A stretch of DNA of 30,657 bases from a virus (Duplodnaviria > Caudoviricetes), in IMG/VR virus record IMGVR_UViG_3300044711_000051, positions 1 through 30,657 of that record. One strand, given 5' to 3'. The position numbers were made by a program, and so were the translations under genes. The notes below the pieces were generated by a model. The model was not told where the DNA came from, ran no database searches, and saw nothing but the letters and a program-made list of their open reading frames with translations. Positions 25,712 through 30,657 of this stretch are shown one piece after another. Numbering within the stretch: the first letter of the stretch is position 1; each line of letters begins with the position of its first letter.

Positions 25712-25867
25712 ATGCCGTACGTCGACTGGTACTCGTTCTGGCTCGGCGCGGCCTTCGTCCCGGTGCTTGCCGGAATCCTCGAGCTGCTGGCGGTGCCCCG
25801 CTACGCCCGACATCTCCGGATCCGCGCGCTTGCTCGGAGGCTGGGCGGGACGGATGACAGGCAATGA
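25712..25867 (+). CDS. Small membrane protein
   Basis: MPYVDWYSFWLGAAFVPVLAGIL, one TM segment. Confidence 0.55.
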   Translation: MPYVDWYSFWLGAAFVPVLAGILELLAVPRYARHLRIRALARRLGGTDDRQ

Positions 25868-26057
25868 GCGGGATGTCCCCTACTACGGCAAGGCGCGCAT
25901 CCGGCTCGCTGCCCTCCTCATCGCCACGGCCTGCCTTCTCGCGATCATCGACGCGCTTTCGGCTGAGTACGAGGTGTCCATCGGGGTACTGGGCCTCCTC
26001 CTCGGAACCGCGGGCGTGTTCCTGGGGGTCGAAGCACTCAAGCGGCTGGCGTCGTGA
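25854..26057 (+). CDS. 2-TM membrane protein (holin-like)
   Basis: Two hydrophobic segments. Confidence 0.6.
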   Translation: MTGNERDVPYYGKARIRLAALLIATACLLAIIDALSAEYEVSIGVLGLLLGTAGVFLGVEALKRLAS

Positions 26058-26380
26058 TGGACTTCACGGGCTTCCTCGTCGGCATGAGCTACGGGCTCAT
26101 CACGTTCGGGACATGGTCCTACGTCATGCTGCGTCGCTGGCGGGCCTACCGCGCCGAGCGGACCACGGAGCACTGGCGGCGGCTGGTGTTCGTCCTGCCG
26201 CTCTGGCTGATGGCCGTGTTCAGTGGGGTGGGCCTCGTGGTCAGCGCGATCATGGACGTGACCGACTTGGGCTCGGCGGCGGTGCGCTCGCTCATCGGTG
26301 GGATGGTCTTCGGGGCCTACGGGGCAGCGGGCATCGTGGCGGCGATGAACGAGCGGGAAGCCGATGAAGCGGCCAAGTAG
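26054..26380 (+). CDS. 3-TM membrane protein
   Basis: Three hydrophobic segments. Confidence 0.65.
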   Translation: MMDFTGFLVGMSYGLITFGTWSYVMLRRWRAYRAERTTEHWRRLVFVLPLWLMAVFSGVGLVVSAIMDVTDLGSAAVRSLIGGMVFGAYGAAGIVAAMNEREADEAAK

Positions 26381-26807
26381 GCGTACCGCCTCCCTCGGCG
26401 TCCTCGCCGGCGTCATCGCGGGCACGGCCGCGCTGGCCGTCGTCATCACCCCGCAGGCGGTCGAGATCGGCATCACGGTCTACGAGGACAGCAACCAGTC
26501 CGGCGACCACATGCTCACGACGGGCATCGCCCCGAACTACCCGAAGCGGGCCAATCTCACCCTGGTCACGACCGGCCTCAACAACGGCTGCAACCGGGGC
26601 ATCAACCAGAGCTCCACGTGGTCCGACTGCATCAGCTCGGCCAACGTCTCATCCCTGCCCGCCTCGACCAAGCTCCAGTTCTATCGCGACATCAACTACG
26701 GCGGCTCGCTGCTGTACTGCTACGACGTCGATGGCAGCCACAACATCAACCTCACCAGCACGAGCGACCTCATCAGCTCGTTCCGGATCGTGTCGGGGAA
26801 CTGCTAG
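26364..26807 (+). CDS. Secreted beta/gamma-crystallin-like protein
   Basis: Signal peptide; two Greek-key-like units YEDSNQSG...DCISS and YRDINYGG...DLISS. Confidence 0.65.
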   Translation: MKRPSRRTASLGVLAGVIAGTAALAVVITPQAVEIGITVYEDSNQSGDHMLTTGIAPNYPKRANLTLVTTGLNNGCNRGINQSSTWSDCISSANVSSLPASTKLQFYRDINYGGSLLYCYDVDGSHNINLTSTSDLISSFRIVSGNC

Positions 26808-26824
26808 CCATGGAGACCCCGTGA

Positions 26825-27376
26825 ATGGCGAAGCGGAAGCCACGACCTATCGACCCGACGGCCAACGTCCTTCGGCTGGTCAAGCAGTCGATGCGTCGGC
26901 AGGACAATCTGCGACGGGCCGAAGCGGAGTTCCAGCGGGAGCTGGGCAAGCAGGAGCGCCGGCATCGCCGCGAGATCCGCGCCTCGGAGGGCAAGTACCG
27001 CGACGCCCAGCAGATCGCGGAGAAGGGCCGCATCGACGCCCTGCTGGCGGCGCAGACCGGGGCGGCGGCCCTGACGGCATCGCGGGCCGAGTCGACGGCC
27101 ACAGCCCTCGCGGAACGGGTGGATACCTCGGCCAAGACCCTCGCCGCATCGGTGGAGGCGACGGCCAAGGCGAACGAGGCCGCAGTCACGGCCACGGCCA
27201 AGGCGCTGGCCGACCGCATCGGCCCGCTCGAGCAGGCGCGCTACGAGCAGGCGGGGTCGAAGGAGCAGCGCACCGAGGGCCGGTCACAGAACCAATGGGT
27301 CATCGCCCTGGTCCTGTCGATCCCCTCCACGGTCATCGCGGTCATCGCCCTCGTCGCCCTGCTGTCGAAGCCGTGA
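26825..27376 (+). CDS. Coiled-coil protein with C-terminal TM anchor
   Basis: Ala-rich helix; WVIALVLSIPSTVIAVIALVALL. Confidence 0.7.
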   Translation: MAKRKPRPIDPTANVLRLVKQSMRRQDNLRRAEAEFQRELGKQERRHRREIRASEGKYRDAQQIAEKGRIDALLAAQTGAAALTASRAESTATALAERVDTSAKTLAASVEATAKANEAAVTATAKALADRIGPLEQARYEQAGSKEQRTEGRSQNQWVIALVLSIPSTVIAVIALVALLSKP

Positions 27377-27380
27377 TGAC

Positions 27381-27584
27381 GTGATGGGTCAGACCGTCTC
27401 CCACGACTACCTCCGACGGGCCTCGCAGCTCGTGGACGAGCAGCAGCCCCACGCCGCCGCCATCTGCGCCCGTGCCGCCCAAGCCGAGGTGGACGATCCC
27501 GAGACGGTCGTCGGGGAGTTCTGCGACTGCACCGCCTGTGTGGCCTACCTGTTCGCCGCTCGCCTTCGGAGGGCCATCGGATGA
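27381..27584 (+). CDS. Hypothetical protein
   Basis: CDCTAC; coupled to the next gene. Confidence 0.5.
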   Translation: MMGQTVSHDYLRRASQLVDEQQPHAAAICARAAQAEVDDPETVVGEFCDCTACVAYLFAARLRRAIG

Positions 27585-28405
27585 CCGACGTCACGCTCCA
27601 GCCCGGCGAGACCTACACCGTCCCAGCGACCCCCGGCTACACCATCACGGCAGCCAAGGCGACAGAGCCGCCGCCGGTGGATCCGCCGCCCGTCGAGCCT
27701 CCCCCGAACGGCATCGAAGTCAAGCCGGGGCAACTCCAGGCGAAGCTCGCCGCGGCCAAGGACGGCGACGTGTTCCTCCTCCGGGGCGGGGACCATGCGG
27801 CCCCGTTCCTCATCCTCCGCAAGAAGGTCACGATCCAGAACTGGCCCGGCGAGGTGCCGGTGCTGACGAATCCCGGTCGGCCCGACTTCCTGTACCTCGA
27901 GACCGATGGCGTGGTGCGCGGCATCACCTTCCGCTCGCAGTCCACGGGCTTCGACGACAGCCAAGGCGCCGCGCTATCGGAGGTCCGCACGGGAGCGGTC
28001 GCGATCAACCTCGTCTGGTACGACGGCTGCACCTTCATCGGCACGTCGAAGATGGTGGCCCGCGAGCAGCTCGTCTACATCTCCGACAAGGGCCAGACCA
28101 TCGGGGAGGTGCGCTTCACCAACTGCATCTTCGACGCGCAGGGCTCCAACGGCTACGGCATCCACCCCTACGACGGACCCAGCCCGAAGCTGGTCACGGT
28201 GCAGGGCTGCACCTTCCGGGGCTTCGACACCAACGCCGCCGTGCTGAACGCCGCCAACGCCTGTCTCGTCAAGGTCGACCGCTCGACGTTCACCTCGTGC
28301 GTCACCTACGCCCGTGGCATGTACGGCCCGGTGCAGGTGTCGAACTCCAAGCTCTCGGGCAACTCGATCGGGACCGTGCAGGACATGGGCGGCAACACCC
28401 GGTGA
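27581..28405 (+). CDS. Right-handed beta-helix (pectin lyase-like) protein
   Basis: Pro linker; AKDGDVFLLRGG, VTIQNWPGEVPVL, repeated GCTF/NCIF strands. Confidence 0.7.
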   Translation: MTDVTLQPGETYTVPATPGYTITAAKATEPPPVDPPPVEPPPNGIEVKPGQLQAKLAAAKDGDVFLLRGGDHAAPFLILRKKVTIQNWPGEVPVLTNPGRPDFLYLETDGVVRGITFRSQSTGFDDSQGAALSEVRTGAVAINLVWYDGCTFIGTSKMVAREQLVYISDKGQTIGEVRFTNCIFDAQGSNGYGIHPYDGPSPKLVTVQGCTFRGFDTNAAVLNAANACLVKVDRSTFTSCVTYARGMYGPVQVSNSKLSGNSIGTVQDMGGNTR

Positions 28406-29247
28406 CCTACTACAGCCCCCGCCACGAGTACCAGCTCTCGCCCGTCAACACGCCCCTCACCCGCCATTCGGGCTGCACCTGGACGAGCGGAGCGGTGGGA
28501 GCCGATGCGGTCACGGGCGGGGCCAAGGACCGCTCCCCTGACTACATCCACACCCTCGTCAAGCGCGACGAGGAGACGAACCCCAAGCTCCCCGGCTGGT
28601 CGCTCGGGGATCTCCGCTTGGCGATGCAGCGGCTCGGCGTGCTGTTCGACGTGCGCATCGGGCAGGGCTGGGGCAACCTCGTCAACGTCCACGACGCCGG
28701 CCACTACGTGGTCCTCCAAGGCGACTCGGACCAGTTCGGCAACAACACCTGCTCGGGTGCCTTCGACGGCGACCACTGCATCGGCATCCGCCCCGGCGGA
28801 ACGTCGCGGTCATGGCTCATCGACGACCCCATCTGCACGCAGGCCCGCTACGAGTCTCCGACCACGCTGCTGCGCTACGCCCGCAAGCTCGACGCGGGCA
28901 TCCGCTTCGGCGTGTTCACCACCAAGGTGCCCTCGCTCCCCGCCGGCGACTGGCAGGCTCCCATCCATCCAAGGCCCGGCGACCCGGACGGGATGCAGCC
29001 GTTCCTCGTCTATCGGGTGCAGGACCACGACGACCGGCCGCTCCGGATCGTGGCCCATGAGGCGACCCGGACCGGCGGTGACACCTACCGGGTCAAGGCG
29101 CCAATCAGGGCAGTGCGTGGTCCGGGCTTCCCCAAGACCGCCGTGCTGCCCAAGGGCCTGTGCCGCCTCATCGACAAGGTGCCTCGGCTCGAGCCCGGCG
29201 GCTATCTCGCGCAGGAGCTCTGCGAGCCAACCCCCACGGAGGACTAG
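28402..29247 (+). CDS. Putative endolysin, papain-fold (C39-like) peptidase
   Basis: GTGA start; SGCTWTS (Cys), GDHCIGI (His), LIDDP (Asp); directly upstream of the holin. Confidence 0.65.
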   Translation: MTYYSPRHEYQLSPVNTPLTRHSGCTWTSGAVGADAVTGGAKDRSPDYIHTLVKRDEETNPKLPGWSLGDLRLAMQRLGVLFDVRIGQGWGNLVNVHDAGHYVVLQGDSDQFGNNTCSGAFDGDHCIGIRPGGTSRSWLIDDPICTQARYESPTTLLRYARKLDAGIRFGVFTTKVPSLPAGDWQAPIHPRPGDPDGMQPFLVYRVQDHDDRPLRIVAHEATRTGGDTYRVKAPIRAVRGPGFPKTAVLPKGLCRLIDKVPRLEPGGYLAQELCEPTPTED

Positions 29248-29250
29248 CGC

Positions 29251-29469
29251 ATGGACCGACTCAAGCGTGAACCCGCGGTCGTCATCGGCATCGTGGCCGC
29301 GGTCATCCTCGCGGTGGTGCAGTCGCTCAACGGCAGCGGCGTCCTCGGAGCCGATGCTGCGGACACCATCTCCAAGGCGCTCGACCCGACCACGGGCTGG
29401 GCCATCCCCATCGTCTTGGGGATCGTGACCCGCTTCTTCGTCTCCCCCGCCAGCAAGCCGGGCCTGTAG
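29251..29469 (+). CDS. Holin
   Basis: KREPAVVIG..., two TM segments, RFFVSP end. Confidence 0.75.
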   Translation: MDRLKREPAVVIGIVAAVILAVVQSLNGSGVLGADAADTISKALDPTTGWAIPIVLGIVTRFFVSPASKPGL

Positions 29470-29472
29470 GCC

Positions 29473-29613
29473 ATGATCGGAACCATCCTCCTCATCATTG
29501 CGCTGGTGTGCTTCATCGCCGCTGCCGTCAACGTCAAGGTCGGCACCCTGAACATCGAGGCCGTAGGTCTGGCCTTCCTGTCGGGCTACTTCCTGTGGAC
29601 CGTGCTGGGATGA
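29473..29613 (+). CDS. 46-aa 2-TM protein
   Basis: MIGTILLIIALVCFIAAAV...GLAFLSGYFLWTVLG; not in the ORF track. Confidence 0.65.
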   Translation: MIGTILLIIALVCFIAAAVNVKVGTLNIEAVGLAFLSGYFLWTVLG

Positions 29614-30218
29614 CCTTCGCCTCCCTCTCCGAGGGCATCGACTGGACACGGGCACGCTGGGACCAGCAGCGCCCGGTACCGATGCGCCTCCATGAGGCAC
29701 GCACCACCGAAGGCGCCCTCGGAGCCCCGCCGTTCACGGGTGCCATGCACGCCGCCCTCGCCGGCAAGCCCACCTCGGTGACCGATGCCCTGCGCACCGT
29801 GGACTGCTACCACCCCATGCTCGTCAAGGGCATGAGCCCGCGCGACTGCCCCGAGTGCTACGGCCTCGGGCTCAAGGACGTGCGGGTCGATCGCTTCCGC
29901 TTCCCCATGACGCTGGCCCTGCACCGCCTGTCCAAGCTCCTCCGCCAGCGCCGGAACCCGCACCCCTACTGGCTCATCCTCGCTCTCGCCGACCACGGCT
30001 GGGACGCCCACGCCGCAGCGCGGGCGCTGGACCTCCACTGGACGCTGGCCGAACCCCTGTTCCTCCGGGCCGTGCGCCAGCTCCACGATCAGTACCAGGA
30101 GGCGCCTCTTCCGAGGACGTCATGGGTGGACAAGAGCGAAGCCCAGCGGAACGCTGAACAAGGGGGGCCTGTAAACGACCCCCTCCCCCCTGCCTTGGAG
30201 GGTATGACCGCCGCATAG
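29610..30218 (+). CDS. Putative late transcriptional regulator (Zn finger plus HTH-like C-terminus)
   Basis: CPECYGLG; DAHAAARALDL HTH-like segment; precedes a gap and the HNH gene. Confidence 0.45.
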   Translation: MTFASLSEGIDWTRARWDQQRPVPMRLHEARTTEGALGAPPFTGAMHAALAGKPTSVTDALRTVDCYHPMLVKGMSPRDCPECYGLGLKDVRVDRFRFPMTLALHRLSKLLRQRRNPHPYWLILALADHGWDAHAAARALDLHWTLAEPLFLRAVRQLHDQYQEAPLPRTSWVDKSEAQRNAEQGGPVNDPLPPALEGMTAA

Positions 30219-30321
30219 CGTGGTGTACGATGCAACGAATAGCAGTCGAGCGGCTGCGCTCCGGCCCGACCCACCCCGTGTGGACAGGAGCGACGAACCC
30301 CCTAGCCGCTGCATCCCCACC

Positions 30322-30627
30322 GTGAAGCGCCCCTGCCTTGACTGCGGCACCCTCACCTCGAGGACACGCTGCGACGGATGCAGACGGGCGCATGACAGAC
30401 AGAGGCGCCCTACCACGGGACAGCGGGGGTACCACGCCCAGTGGCGCAGGTACAGCAGAGGGCAGATCAACGAAGAGCCGTGGTGTCACAGCACCCCCTG
30501 CCCCTACCCCGATGCAGGTACCCCTGCCAACCCCCTAACCACCGACCATGCAAGCCTTGGTCTCGTGCTGTGTCGACGCTGCAACTCATCGAAGCAGCAC
30601 GCTGACCGGGTACGGGGGGTGGGGTAG
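30322..30627 (+). CDS. Terminase-associated HNH endonuclease (start uncertain, 30313-30322)
   Basis: RPCLDCG...RC, TGQRGY..QW, PWC, TTDH, LCRRCNSSK; precedes terminase on the circular map. Confidence 0.85.
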   Translation: MKRPCLDCGTLTSRTRCDGCRRAHDRQRRPTTGQRGYHAQWRRYSRGQINEEPWCHSTPCPYPDAGTPANPLTTDHASLGLVLCRRCNSSKQHADRVRGVG

Positions 30628-30657
30628 CCGCGAAGAATCTGACCCACAGCGGTGGAC

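Noticed and set aside
1-30657. Stop-codon reassignment
   Set aside because: Genes end normally at TGA, TAG and TAA with tight start/stop coupling under the standard code

Overview
High-GC (roughly 70% by eye) temperate tailed phage, apparently a complete or near-complete 30.7 kb genome in its unintegrated form (attP intact), opened between the HNH gene and the terminase. Gene order: terminase, portal, an inserted block (collagen-like fibre, Ser/Thr-rich protein, glycosyltransferase, methyltransferase), HK97 protease-capsid fusion, neck and non-contractile tail genes, a leftward immunity block (XRE repressor, lipoprotein), cro, early/recombination/replication genes, xis, tyrosine integrase, attP (3' half of tRNA-Cys), membrane/lysis genes, a putative late regulator and HNH. 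The host is probably a high-GC bacterium such as Actinomycetota or Chloroflexota (inference only). The most unusual signal is a ~115 nt minus-strand RNA at 16230-16346 with its own promoter and terminator-like hairpin. It folds as a circularly permuted, anticodon-less tRNA (T arm, loop-closed acceptor stem, D arm), resembling Y RNA (YrlA) but with no Ro60 gene. Also notable: an array of Cys/His-rich cassettes bounded by direct repeats (22298-23695), a glycosyltransferase plus methyltransferase in the head operon, an ATT-initiated tape measure gene, and a terminase N-terminus lacking an in-frame start. All product calls come from motif recognition by eye; no database searches were run.
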